A program made the translations under genes and the position numbers. 64,000 bases of DNA, taken from contig JAFUOQ010000010.1 in assembly GCA_017472695.1 (NCBI GenBank), forward strand, positions 22,187 to 86,186. Direction: 5' to 3'. Origin of the DNA: Clostridia bacterium. GTDB taxonomy: Bacteria; Bacillota; Clostridia; Oscillospirales; CAG-272. Position 1 is the stretch's first letter. Each line of letters starts with the position of its first letter. Shown in pieces: positions 17,611-27,990 of the stretch. The notes below the pieces were generated by a model that did no database searches, had not been told where the DNA came from, and worked only from the letters and a program-made list of their open reading frames with translations.

Positions 17611-17960
17611 TTGTATGGAATGGCGCCCTCAATATCACGAAAACAATCAATGCGTATCGCAAAAATGTGAATCTCAGGTGTTTTTCTCAAGATTGACAAA
17701 AATAACTTTTTTTGATATAATAAAAATGTTAACGATAGTGAAATAATTTTTTCAAAATATGTAAAAGTTAAGGCTCTTTTTTGTTTTTGCGATATATAAT
17801 TAATTACATTAATACGGTTTAAAATTTATAAAATTTTATATGTCAAAATATTTGTGAAATCGGAGGATGCGCCAATGGAAAAAATCGTTTGATGTGATGC
17901 CAAGTTTTCTTGTGTTATCACAAAAATTATTCAGAATACAAATGTGAAAAGAAGAAAATT

Positions 17961-20428
17961 ATGAAAAAATTTGTGGCAATATTTTTATCAACAATATTAT
18001 TACTGACACCGATAATGTTTTTTACAGTGGGGGCAACATCAAAAGATATAAACGAACAAAAGATAACTGATGAATTAAAAAACACTATAGCCAAAAAAAT
18101 GATAATGACTATATTTCTATATACATATGGCTTTATGATTTAGGCGAAGATGCTGTATATTCTCACCTATCAAGCAAATTAGGCGTAACTTTAAATAAAA
18201 ATAACGAAGATTTATTCATTGAAGAAAAAACAAGGAGTAAGGTTGAAAAATATAACAAGAAGCAAAATGATAAAAATCAAAAAAGTCAACATTTTGATGT
18301 TTCAATATTTAGAAGTAAAGCAGAAATATCTGAAATTTTAACAGATCAAGAGATAAAAGATTGTATTGATGAAGGCAAGACACCGAAGCAGGTCATAAAA
18401 CTGTCAGAACAATATCAATATTTATCGGATTTTCGCGATAGTAGAGCATATGTTAATATGGCTGTAAATGATTTGTTTGAAAAAAGTTTAGATAAAAATA
18501 GATGTAAAAATGTAAAAATTGATCCATTGTTGACTTATGTCACAATGGATTGTGAAAAAAACTATATTTTTATGCTTTCTTCGATGGATATAGTTAAGGA
18601 AATTGGGATTGTAAATACAGATAACGAAATAGAAATCCAAGAAACGATTTTTGTAGAAGAAAGTGAAACGGAACAAACAACAAACGATAAATATATCGTT
18701 CAACCGCCAAACGTATCCAATAATTCAGGAAGCGGAATAAAAATAGGTGTTATAGAAGGCGATGCATATAACCCCGATGCTACACATTTGAAAGGATTGA
18801 ATATAATAAACTATATTAGCGGAACTTCAACTTCGCATAATCATGCTACTGAGGTTTTAAGCATATTATGTGGCACATCCCAATCAAAAGATGGAATACA
18901 ATATGGGGGAATAGCGCCTGCCGCGACAATATTTTTTGTAAATACAGAAGGTTACTATCCAAAGCATGATGTGTTTCATTGGCTTATAGTAGAAAAAGAT
19001 GTATCTATAATAAATATGAGTTTTAAAAAAAATAATGAATACGGAGGATATAATGAATCGGATAGATACCTTGATTGCTTAACATTACAATATCGAGTTG
19101 CATTTGTGAAATCAGCAGGAAACACTGGCGCTAGTGTAACAGCTCCTGGAATGGCATACAATGTAATTACTGTTGGAAATATTTGCAATGAAAAAGATGA
19201 AAATGGTAGATATTTAGTTGATTCAAGCAGTTCTTATTACGAAAACTCATGGTTAACAAATAAACCAGACGTTTGCGCTTTTGGAACAAATATTTATATG
19301 TTACATAACGGCGAAGAAACCAATTTTGGTTCGGGAACAAGTTTTTCTACTCCAATGGTATCAGGTGCGATTGCTCTTATGATGGCAGAGAATAATAATT
19401 TAATAGGTAAACCAGATGCAATAAAAGCAATTTTAATTAATACTGCTAATTCCGAAATTGTTTCACAAGATGGTAATAATAGTGTCTATGATGATCTTAA
19501 TTTAGCATCAGTCTGCCAAATGAGAGAGAAAAGTGGAGCAGGACTTTTGAATATTGAGGGCGCGGTTAGTATGGCGAGATCCAATTTGATACATAGATAC
19601 GCTATACCACGCACAAGTACTCTTGCAAATGCAACAAAAACTACCGGTGAATACTATTTTGAAGAAGGACAAGTGATTGAATTTACATTGGTTTTTGAAA
19701 AGCCGTTTGATAATAAAATAGCTTCGCTTGATGATGTTAATGTGGATTTTGAAATAGAATTATATAGATATGATGAGTGCGTAATGTCAAGTGAATCAGA
19801 TGTAAACAATGTTGAGTCATTTAAAGTAACCATCGAAGAAAGCGGATATTATTATTTTAGAATAAGGTGCGACAAATTGAATTCAGCAACAGAATCGGAC
19901 TTTAAGGATGAAAATGAAAATTCTTTGCCTCATACGTCACACAATTACTTCTATGTTTCTTTTGTGTTATCTTGCGGTTGTGATTTGCCTAGTGTTGAAT
20001 TTGATGAAGCCTATGCACATAGTAAATATGGACATAATTTAAAATGTGGTAATTGCAACAGTAGATTTTATGAAGAGCATGATTATAAATCAATAACACA
20101 ACACTATGACGAGGCAGATGTGACTTATGGTGTTTATTACAAGGTGCATCCACTTAGTGTTAGCAATAGTGAAAGTTATCCTGTATCGGTTTGTGTCTAC
20201 AGAGATGATTTAACACCAACAGTAGAGACAACCAATTCTGAAAATACAGCAATAGCTATTTTAAATTCCAGTTATATAGAATATCAAAATGAGAAGTATT
20301 GGGAGCTTTTAAGTTATGAAATAATAGTGTTGTCTCCTACAAATGAGACAGTTGCAAGCTACATTTCAACTGTATATGTAAATATTTACTACGAAACAGG
20401 AGATTGTAATTTTGATCCATCTGTATAA
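17961..20428 (+). pseudogene. Secreted subtilisin-like (S8) serine protease, reading frame broken at an A7 tract
   Basis: Signal peptide ORF (MKKFVAIFLSTILLLTPIMFF) runs in frame 0 from 17961. The rest runs in frame 2, open from 18074 through the listed ORF 18458..20428. Frames are joined by one extra A in CCAAAAAAAT (A7 at 18093-18099). Catalytic D (IGVIEGD), H (HNHATEV) and S (GSGTSFSTPMVSG) are present. Confidence 0.65.
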
Positions 20429-20449
20429 TTAATGAAAGGAGTTGTTTAT

Positions 20450-21496
20450 ATGAAAAAGAGATTGTTAATTATTTTAACAGCGGTGCTTTTAATCTTCATG
20501 CTCTTTTCTTGTGGGAAAACAAGCACGGAAACTGACACACAGAGAGCGACAGACACAAAAACCGACATACAGAGCGAAACAAATACAGAAACTGACACAC
20601 AAACTACTGATACAAATGTGAGCGAGGATAAAGAAAACAATAACGTAATAACAGATTCCATCGCCAATATGACCATTGTAAGCAAGGAGCATAGCTACTA
20701 TACAACTCTAAATGAGATGGAATATAAAGGTGAGGATTTCCCGAACGAGCGTGGCACATATATCAAGTTGATAAAAACGGCAGAAGAATTTAAGACTTGC
20801 TTTGAATGTGAAAATGTTGAAAAAACAGTTCTTGAAAACAACTATATTCTTGCTTTAAAAATACACGAGGATATCACACTTTATAGCTACAAAATGATAG
20901 GATGTCATAATTTGGAATATAAAGACGGAGAATATCAAATAAGCTTGGATTATTACAGACAAGTGGTTGGAGATAATGAAAAAGATAGAATATATCCAGA
21001 AATTGCAGAAGAAATAAGTGTTGTTAAATTTTTTGTTTTACCAAAAACGGAAGTTGAAGCCTTTGATAACGTCCAAAATGTAAAAATCAATAAAAATTTA
21101 ATTGATAATACATTTTCATCAAGGAGCTATGCCAAGCATTACGGTTGTTCAGATGCTCCTAAAAGCTCAACAGCTTGGCTCATAACGGAAGAAAACAGAA
21201 CAAATTTGATTGAATCATTTAATCTACATAAAAACATTGAAAAAGGGGATTTGTTAGTGTATTTTCCGTTTGAAATGCGTGGAGATATAAGTCTTGTCAA
21301 AGCGGAAATGAATGGAAGTATGTTAAATGTGGTATTTGAAAATTATACGCATGTTGAAAATGAATATGTAGCAAAAAATGATGCAAGATATTTTTTGATA
21401 GACAATTTTCAAGCTTATCAAAATGTACCTGATGATTATGAAGTAAGTATTACGATAAATGTCATATATATTCCTTGTATAACCATATACGAATGA
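20450..21496 (+). CDS. Lipoprotein with T/D/Q-rich linker, unknown function
   Basis: ATG at 20450 lies 8 nt after AGGAG. Lipobox LFSCGK. TETDTQ-type low-complexity linker. Confidence 0.6.
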   Translation: MKKRLLIILTAVLLIFMLFSCGKTSTETDTQRATDTKTDIQSETNTETDTQTTDTNVSEDKENNNVITDSIANMTIVSKEHSYYTTLNEMEYKGEDFPNERGTYIKLIKTAEEFKTCFECENVEKTVLENNYILALKIHEDITLYSYKMIGCHNLEYKDGEYQISLDYYRQVVGDNEKDRIYPEIAEEISVVKFFVLPKTEVEAFDNVQNVKINKNLIDNTFSSRSYAKHYGCSDAPKSSTAWLITEENRTNLIESFNLHKNIEKGDLLVYFPFEMRGDISLVKAEMNGSMLNVVFENYTHVENEYVAKNDARYFLIDNFQAYQNVPDDYEVSITINVIYIPCITIYE

Positions 21497-21515
21497 TATT
21501 ATTTAAAATCAATGC

Positions 21516-21544
21516 AAAAATCCCCGAGCAATCGGGGATTTTTT
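21516..21544 (+). terminator. Intrinsic terminator fused to palindromic repeat unit
   Basis: TCCCCG-AGCAAT-CGGGGA hairpin followed by TTTTTT. Confidence 0.85.
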
Positions 21545-21950
21545 AGATCCTTCGACTCGCATTCGCTCGCTCAGGATGACGTAGCTTTTGCGCTTCACAA
21601 CGTCATTCCGAGCTTGTCGAGGAATCTATTAGCAGGAGGATTTAAAATTGTAGAGGAAGGGCTTGCTCCTCCCGAAAAATAAAGGATGAAGCAAACGGGA
21701 GGATGATATCCTCCCCTACATAGAACAATATTGATACATCGTAGGGGACACATTGACACTCAAAAACTGCCTCCATCCTTGAGGGAGGTGGATTTTGCGG
21801 AGCAAAAGACGGAAGGAGTATCGTTAGTGGAAAGCGTACAAGGGAGCGTAGCGAGTCGTAGGCAATCTGCCTCCCGAAAATATTTTTAGATCCATTCGAC
21901 TCGCTTTGCTTCGCTCAGGATGACGTAGGGGCGAACATTGTTCGTCCGCC
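21545..21950. repeat. Large REP/BIME-like cluster (modules A, B, E, F, C, H, D, G, A, I)
   Basis: Same module set as 3641-3961 but in a different order, with module H (also at 8332) inserted between C and D. It ends with GTAGGGGCGAACATTGTTCGTCCGCC, which is also present at 54663. Confidence 0.9.
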
Positions 21951-22116
21951 AAAATAATACGACAAAACAGGAGGGTTTTCCCCACCCGTTATTTTTAAAA
22001 ATTTACACATTTTTAATAAAAAAGTGATATACTAAAATTTAGGTTACTTAATATACAGTTAATATTTAAGTATTAATATAATATGATGTATTAGATTCAA
22101 AGGAGGGCAGAGAGGT

Positions 22117-25100
22117 ATGGAATTTTATCGTGTTGGTATTGACATTGGTTCAACTACTGTAAAAATAGTAGCTATTGACAAAAATGACGAAATAGTTTTT
22201 GGCAAATATGAAAGACACCTTTCTCACACTAAAGAGAAGCTCTGTCAGCTTTTGGGCGAGCTTAAAAATGAGCTTGGCGAGATTAAAATAAAGGCGAAAA
22301 TCACAGGCTCTGGCTCTATTAACTTGGGCAAAGCGCTTGGTATTGGCTTTGTGCAGGAGGTTAGTGCCGTTGCCGAGGCACTAAAAAAATTAGCACCAAA
22401 AACCGACGTGGCTATTGAGCTTGGTGGCGAGGATGCGAAAATAATCTACTTCGATGGTAACAATATCGAAGAGAGAATGAATGGTATTTGTGCGGGAGGA
22501 ACCGGCTCATTTATTGACCAAATGGCAGCGCTTTTGCAGACAGATGCCAAGGGCTTAAATGAGGAAGCCAAGAATTACGAAAGAATTTACCCAATTGCGG
22601 CGCGCTGTGGCGTGTTTGCAAAAACTGATATTCAACCGCTTATAAACGAGGGCGCAACAAGGGCAGACCTGTCAGCCTCAATTTTCCAAGCGGTAGTAAA
22701 CCAAACGGTTTCTGGTCTTGCTTGTGGTAAGCCAATACGCGGTACGGTTGCATTCCTTGGTGGTCCACTCCATTTTTTGACCGAGCTAAAGGCTTCATTT
22801 ATTAGAACCTTAAAATTAACACCCGAAACAACTGTTGACCCAGACAACTCACACCTTTTTGCCGCATTTGGCTCGGCTCTTGAGTCGGATGATGCCGAGG
22901 AGCTTCTTTTGAGCGCGCTTCTTGCTAAACTAGACGCAGGGGTAGAGATGCGCTTTGAATTAAAAAGACTCCCAGCACTCTTTGAAAATGAAGAGGAGTA
23001 TAAAGAGTTCTCATCTCGTCACGAAAAGGCAAAGGTAAAAAGAGCAGAGATAAAGGATTACAGGGGAAATACATATTTAGGAATTGACGCAGGCTCAACA
23101 ACCACAAAATTGGCGCTTATCGGCGAAAATGGTGAGCTTTTATATTCCTTCTACTCAAATAATCAAGGCTCACCCATAAACACGGCAAAAAGAGCTATAA
23201 AAGAGCTTTCCTTGGTTATGCCAAAGGAAGCAACTATTAAATATGCTTGCTCCACAGGATATGGAGAAAAGCTTTTAAAATCAGCATTCAATTTAGATAT
23301 GGGCGAGGTTGAAACCATTGCCCACTGTACCGCCGCATCATTCTTTGACCCACAGGTTGACTGTGTTCTTGATATTGGTGGACAGGATATGAAATGCATA
23401 AAAATCAAAAACGGCTCGGTAGATAACATTCTTTTAAATGAGGCTTGTTCATCTGGTTGTGGCTCGTTTATTGAGTCCTTTGCAAATTCTCTTGGTTATC
23501 AAGCAAAGGATTTTGCACGCGAGGCAATTTACGCAAAGAATCCAATTGACCTTGGCACTCGCTGTACTGTTTTTATGAACTCAAATGTTAAGCAAGCGCA
23601 AAAGGAAGGCGCATCCGTGCCCGATATTTCCGCAGGTCTTGCGTATTCTGTCATTAAAAACGCAATGTTTAAGGTAATTAAATTAAATACCGCCTCTGAC
23701 CTTGGTAGCCATGTGGTTGTACAGGGCGGAACATTCTATAACCACGCAGTTTTGCGCGCACTTGAAAAAATTTCGGGTGTACTTGTTACTTGCCCTGATA
23801 TTTCAGGCATTATGGGTGCTTTCGGCGCTGCACTTTTGGCGCGCCAAAACGCAATAGGCACAAAAAGCTCTATGCTCTCGTTTGAGGAGATTGAGGCACT
23901 CACCTACACAAGCGCAACAGTGAGATGCAAGGGCTGTTCAAATAGCTGTATTTTGACTGTAAATACCTTTGAGGGTGGCAGAAGATACATAACAGGCAAC
24001 AGATGTGAAAAGGGCGGAGAGGAAAAAGGCTCAACCCCAAAGGGAGAGAACCTTGTCGCTTACAAGCTAGAAAGAATTTTCGGCTATGAGCCACTCTCCG
24101 AGGGAAAAGCAAAATTTGGAAAAATTGGTATTCCAAGAGTGCTTAATATTTATGAAAATTATCCATTTTGGGCGACCTTCTTCCGTGAGCTAGGCTTTAG
24201 CGTAGTTCTTTCACCTAAATCGACCAAAAAAATATACGAGCTTGGTATGGAAACAATCCCGTCAGAATCGGAATGCTATCCTGCCAAAATGGCGCACGGC
24301 CACATAAAATGGCTAATTGAAAACGGAGTAGACACAATATTCTACCCCTGTATTTTCCTAGAAAATCAAGAATCATGCGTGGCACAAAACCACTATAACT
24401 GCCCAATTGTTGTTTCCTGCTCGGAAAATATTAAAAACAATGTAGAGGAAATAGTTGAGGGCAAAATCAATTATTTAAGACCTTTTATCGCATTCACAAG
24501 CGAAAAAACAGTTGCCGACCGCTTGGCTAGATATTTCTGCCACGAAAAGGGATATGACCTAACTGAAAAAGCGGTTAGACGCGCAGTTAAACTCGCATGG
24601 CGCGAGCAAAAGGAAGCAAAAGAGGATATAAGACGCAAGGGCAAAGAGGTTTTAGAGGAGCTTGAAAAGACAGGTGGACGTGGCATTGTTTTGGCGGGTA
24701 GACCTTACCATATCGACCCTGAAATTAACCACGGAATACCAGAGCTAATAGCATCTTATGGCTTTGCAGTCCTCACCGAGGACTCGCTCCCAGAGGTTTA
24801 TGAGGAGATTGAGAATTTAAGGGTTAACGACCAATGGGTTTACCACTCACGTCTATATAATGCCGCTGCTTACGTGCGCTCACGTGAGCACTTGGAGCTA
24901 ATTCAGTTAAACTCCTTTGGCTGTGGAATTGACGCAGTAACAACCGACCAAGTGTCTGAAATTTTAGATGGCTCGGGCAAATTATATACTGCACTTAAAA
25001 TTGACGAGGTTAACAACCTAGGTGCAATTAGAATTCGTGTTCGCAGTCTTATTAGCGCTATGAATATGCGTAGGAAAAAATGCATAGCCCCTCACGAAGC

Positions 25101-26379
25101 GCCTATAAATTACAAGCGCACAGAATTTACAAAGAAAATGTACGACGAGAAATATACAATTTTAGCACCACAAATGTCGCCTATACATTTTGACCTTATT
25201 GAGCCACTCTTTAAATTCTATGGCTTTAATTTGGAGATTCTTTCAAATGCAACAAAGGATGCAATCGACACAGGCTTGAAATATGTAAATAACGATGCGT
25301 GTTTCCCATCTATCACTATGGTAGGACAGATTATGGAGGCGGTCTTGTCGGGCAGATACGACACTCATAAGCTAGCAATTATAATGACTCAAACAGGTGG
25401 CTGTTGCCGTGCTAGTAACTATGTCGGCTTTATCCGTCGCGCACTTGACAAGGTTGGTATGTCATATATTCCTGTAATTTCCCTTAATATGTCAGGAATG
25501 GAGAAGAATGAGGGCTTTAAAATCCCACTCCCTGCGCTCTTTAAGGCTGTAAAGGCTGTTGTATATGGCGATCTTATGATGAAATGTCTATATCGCACCC
25601 GTCCTTACGAAAAGGAAAAGGGCTCGGCAGAGGCATTATGGCAAAAATGGAAAAATATATGCGTTGCAAGCCTTCTTGGCAAAAAAGGCAAAATGTCATA
25701 CAAGAAAATTTGTCGTGGAATTGTCGAGGATTTTGACAATTTACCACTGAACGAGGAGCTAAAAAAGCCTCGTGTTGGAATAGTTGGAGAGATTCTTGTT
25801 AAGTATATGCCTTTAGCCAACAATCACCTTGTTGACCTCTTGGAAAGTGAGGGTGCAGAGGTAAAAGTTCCAGATTTCCTTGACTTTTTCAGCTACTGCG
25901 TGTATAATTCAGAGTATAAGCATAAATTCTTTGGCTTTAAGCTAACCAGTCTTTTAATTGCCAAGGTCGGTGTCGGCGCTATCGAAAAATTGCGTTCTCC
26001 TGCCACAAAGGCACTCAAAAGGAGTAAGCACTTTGATGCACCAACCGATATAAGAAAGGTGGCAAAAATGGCAAAGCCGTTTTTGTCAATCGGCAACCAA
26101 TATGGTGAGGGATGGTTCCTAGCAGGCGAAATGCTTGAGCTTATCGAGCAAGGCGCTCCAAATATAGTTTGCATTCAGCCGTTTGCTTGCTTACCTAACC
26201 ACGTTGTTGGTAAGGGAGTAATCAAGCGTATCCGTGGAGCACATCCAGAGGCAAATATAGTAGCTATTGACTACGACCCTGGCGCATCCGAGGTAAATCA
26301 GCTCAACAGAATTAAGCTTATGCTATCAGTGGCAAAGAAAAATATAAAGGATGATGAAAAATCCGAACAATTAAAATAA
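22117..26379 (+). CDS. Fusion protein: two BcrAD/BadFG-type activase ATPase domains + 2-hydroxyacyl-CoA-dehydratase-like domains
   Basis: 1420 aa. Two acetate/sugar-kinase-fold ATPase starts (GIDIGSTTVKIV at aa 8, GIDAGSTTTKLAL at about aa 322). A long C-terminal region follows, typical of 'CoA-substrate-specific enzyme activase' fusions. Confidence 0.75.
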   Translation: MEFYRVGIDIGSTTVKIVAIDKNDEIVFGKYERHLSHTKEKLCQLLGELKNELGEIKIKAKITGSGSINLGKALGIGFVQEVSAVAEALKKLAPKTDVAIELGGEDAKIIYFDGNNIEERMNGICAGGTGSFIDQMAALLQTDAKGLNEEAKNYERIYPIAARCGVFAKTDIQPLINEGATRADLSASIFQAVVNQTVSGLACGKPIRGTVAFLGGPLHFLTELKASFIRTLKLTPETTVDPDNSHLFAAFGSALESDDAEELLLSALLAKLDAGVEMRFELKRLPALFENEEEYKEFSSRHEKAKVKRAEIKDYRGNTYLGIDAGSTTTKLALIGENGELLYSFYSNNQGSPINTAKRAIKELSLVMPKEATIKYACSTGYGEKLLKSAFNLDMGEVETIAHCTAASFFDPQVDCVLDIGGQDMKCIKIKNGSVDNILLNEACSSGCGSFIESFANSLGYQAKDFAREAIYAKNPIDLGTRCTVFMNSNVKQAQKEGASVPDISAGLAYSVIKNAMFKVIKLNTASDLGSHVVVQGGTFYNHAVLRALEKISGVLVTCPDISGIMGAFGAALLARQNAIGTKSSMLSFEEIEALTYTSATVRCKGCSNSCILTVNTFEGGRRYITGNRCEKGGEEKGSTPKGENLVAYKLERIFGYEPLSEGKAKFGKIGIPRVLNIYENYPFWATFFRELGFSVVLSPKSTKKIYELGMETIPSESECYPAKMAHGHIKWLIENGVDTIFYPCIFLENQESCVAQNHYNCPIVVSCSENIKNNVEEIVEGKINYLRPFIAFTSEKTVADRLARYFCHEKGYDLTEKAVRRAVKLAWREQKEAKEDIRRKGKEVLEELEKTGGRGIVLAGRPYHIDPEINHGIPELIASYGFAVLTEDSLPEVYEEIENLRVNDQWVYHSRLYNAAAYVRSREHLELIQLNSFGCGIDAVTTDQVSEILDGSGKLYTALKIDEVNNLGAIRIRVRSLISAMNMRRKKCIAPHEAPINYKRTEFTKKMYDEKYTILAPQMSPIHFDLIEPLFKFYGFNLEILSNATKDAIDTGLKYVNNDACFPSITMVGQIMEAVLSGRYDTHKLAIIMTQTGGCCRASNYVGFIRRALDKVGMSYIPVISLNMSGMEKNEGFKIPLPALFKAVKAVVYGDLMMKCLYRTRPYEKEKGSAEALWQKWKNICVASLLGKKGKMSYKKICRGIVEDFDNLPLNEELKKPRVGIVGEILVKYMPLANNHLVDLLESEGAEVKVPDFLDFFSYCVYNSEYKHKFFGFKLTSLLIAKVGVGAIEKLRSPATKALKRSKHFDAPTDIRKVAKMAKPFLSIGNQYGEGWFLAGEMLELIEQGAPNIVCIQPFACLPNHVVGKGVIKRIRGAHPEANIVAIDYDPGASEVNQLNRIKLMLSVAKKNIKDDEKSEQLK

Positions 26380-26388
26380 GGAGAATTT

Positions 26389-27441
26389 ATGAAAAACAAG
26401 GCATTAAAAATCTCACTTGTAATTTTAGTATCGCTTGTGCTTTTTGTAGTATTAGTTCTTTCCTTGGTTAAGATAGGAGAAAGGGCAATTTTTGCACCAT
26501 TCTTTGCAAATTCAGAAACAGAATTTAAGGTTCCCGGCATTGCGGATGGCTTTATTCAACAGGGCTTTGATTATTACGAGGGTGACACGACAACCGACGA
26601 GGACGATAGGTTCTTGGTTTCTGGCTATATGAAGGATGACTCCTCATCAAGAGTTTATGTTCTTGATAAGGATGGCAATGCTTTGAGCTTTATCAAGTTG
26701 AGAGATAAAAATGGCAAACGATACACAGGTCACTGTGGTGGAATTGCGCACAACGGTAGCTATGTGTATATTTCAAACGACAATGAAAAAAATGAAGATG
26801 GCTCAATAGATGTATTTTCTCTTAACGAAATTCTAGCGGGAGAAAGCTATACAACAAATATGCTCGGCTCTATTTATGTATATTTGAAGCCAGCCTTTTG
26901 TTATGTAAATGGAGGCAAGCTATATACAGGAAACTTCCATAAGGATGAACACGAGCAGTATAAATCACCAGAGGATTTTATAATTGGTGAAAATAATACC
27001 GCTATTATGCTATCATTCGATTTGATTACTGACGAAACCAATTTTGGCGTGGCTACCGAGCCAAGCTCTGCTTATTCAATCACAAGCCAAGTACAGGGCA
27101 TGTGCATAGCAGACGATAAGCTAGTTCTTTCCACCTCTTGGGGATTAAGTCCATCACATCTATATATTTATGATTGGGAAAAGTCAAATAAGGAGTTTGT
27201 TTACTCTGCTATCTTCACAAATAAAGAAGTATATGGCGACAAGGCTATGAGCAAGCCTATTCCTCTTTATATAATCAACGACGAGGCACTGCAGAAGAAT
27301 GTTACAGCACCACCAATGGCTGAGGAGCTTGTGTATATAGACGGCAAGGTGCTCGTTATGAATGAGTCCGCCTCTGCAAAATACATATTTGGTAGATTTA
27401 CCAGTGGTAATAATGTTTACGGATATATAGTTAATGACTAA
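26389..27441 (+). CDS. Membrane-anchored extracytoplasmic protein, unknown function
   Basis: 350 aa. Single N-terminal TM. The start lies 9 nt after the fusion-protein stop, with GGAG RBS. No motif recognised. Confidence 0.5.
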   Translation: MKNKALKISLVILVSLVLFVVLVLSLVKIGERAIFAPFFANSETEFKVPGIADGFIQQGFDYYEGDTTTDEDDRFLVSGYMKDDSSSRVYVLDKDGNALSFIKLRDKNGKRYTGHCGGIAHNGSYVYISNDNEKNEDGSIDVFSLNEILAGESYTTNMLGSIYVYLKPAFCYVNGGKLYTGNFHKDEHEQYKSPEDFIIGENNTAIMLSFDLITDETNFGVATEPSSAYSITSQVQGMCIADDKLVLSTSWGLSPSHLYIYDWEKSNKEFVYSAIFTNKEVYGDKAMSKPIPLYIINDEALQKNVTAPPMAEELVYIDGKVLVMNESASAKYIFGRFTSGNNVYGYIVND

Positions 27442-27442
27442 C

Positions 27443-27477
27443 AAAAAAGGTGTACCATTTCGGTACACCTTTTGCTT
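27443..27477. terminator. Bidirectional terminator between convergent genes
   Basis: AAAAAA-GGTGTACC-ATTTC-GGTACACC-TTTTGCTTTT. Confidence 0.8.
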
Positions 27478-27487
27478 TTAAGTCAAT

Positions 27488-27883
27488 TTATACACTTAAA
27501 GCAATAGTCTTTATTATTTTGCTGACCTTTTTACGAATACTCTCCTCGCTAAAGCCAAGCTCAAGCCCTATTTTCCAATAAGGCTCGCCGTTTATGTAGG
27601 TATCTAAAATAATGCTCTTGTCGACAGGATCAAGGGCTAAAATTGCGTGCATATATTTTTCTTCTATATGTCTTGCATTGTCAATTTCCTCACATAGCTT
27701 AATAGAGTCAAGCAGTGATTCCTCTTTTTTAATAAGCTCTCTTGTTTTTTCGGAGTCCTTCATTCTTTTGAGCATTTTGATTCTAGCCTCATGAGTCGAT
27801 ACTACCTTTTGTAGGCGCTCTATTGCGTGTGCGTGCTTTTTTAAATTCTTTAAGTCCTTTTTTACCTCGTTTAATTCCTTCAT
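27488..27883 (-). CDS. Small sigma-70 region-4-like HTH protein (DUF1492/ArpU-like, phage-type regulator)
   Basis: 131 aa. N-terminal coiled coil. C-terminal HTH (DKSIILDTYINGEPYWKIGLELGFSEESIRKKVSKIIKTI). Confidence 0.4.
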   Translation of the reverse strand: MKELNEVKKDLKNLKKHAHAIERLQKVVSTHEARIKMLKRMKDSEKTRELIKKEESLLDSIKLCEEIDNARHIEEKYMHAILALDPVDKSIILDTYINGEPYWKIGLELGFSEESIRKKVSKIIKTIALSV

Positions 27884-27961
27884 TTTCTCGCTTCCTATTT
27901 AAATGCATCCGTGTGAATATAAATAGCTGATGATAAAAGTCAAGGTGGAGAAGAATTACGC

Positions 27962-27990
27962 TTGACTTTTCTTAAATTCAACCCTATAAT
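27962..27990 (+). promoter_or_regulatory. Sigma-A-type promoter for the ybaK-like gene
   Basis: TTGACT (27962-27967), 17-nt spacer, TATAAT (27985-27990). The leader before the ATG at 28224 is about 230 nt. Confidence 0.6.

Noticed and set aside
17693-17960. Leader peptide MEKIV (17875..17892) and promoter TTGACA-N18-TATAAT at 17693-17722 as a regulatory unit for the protease
   Set aside because: The promoter is plausible. The 5-codon ORF is too short to support from sequence alone, and no attenuator structure was evident.
20520-20640. Nucleotide repeats in the lipoprotein gene (ACAGA/GACACA periodicity)
   Set aside because: This is coding low-complexity T/D/Q linker sequence, imperfect and in frame. 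It is not an independent element.
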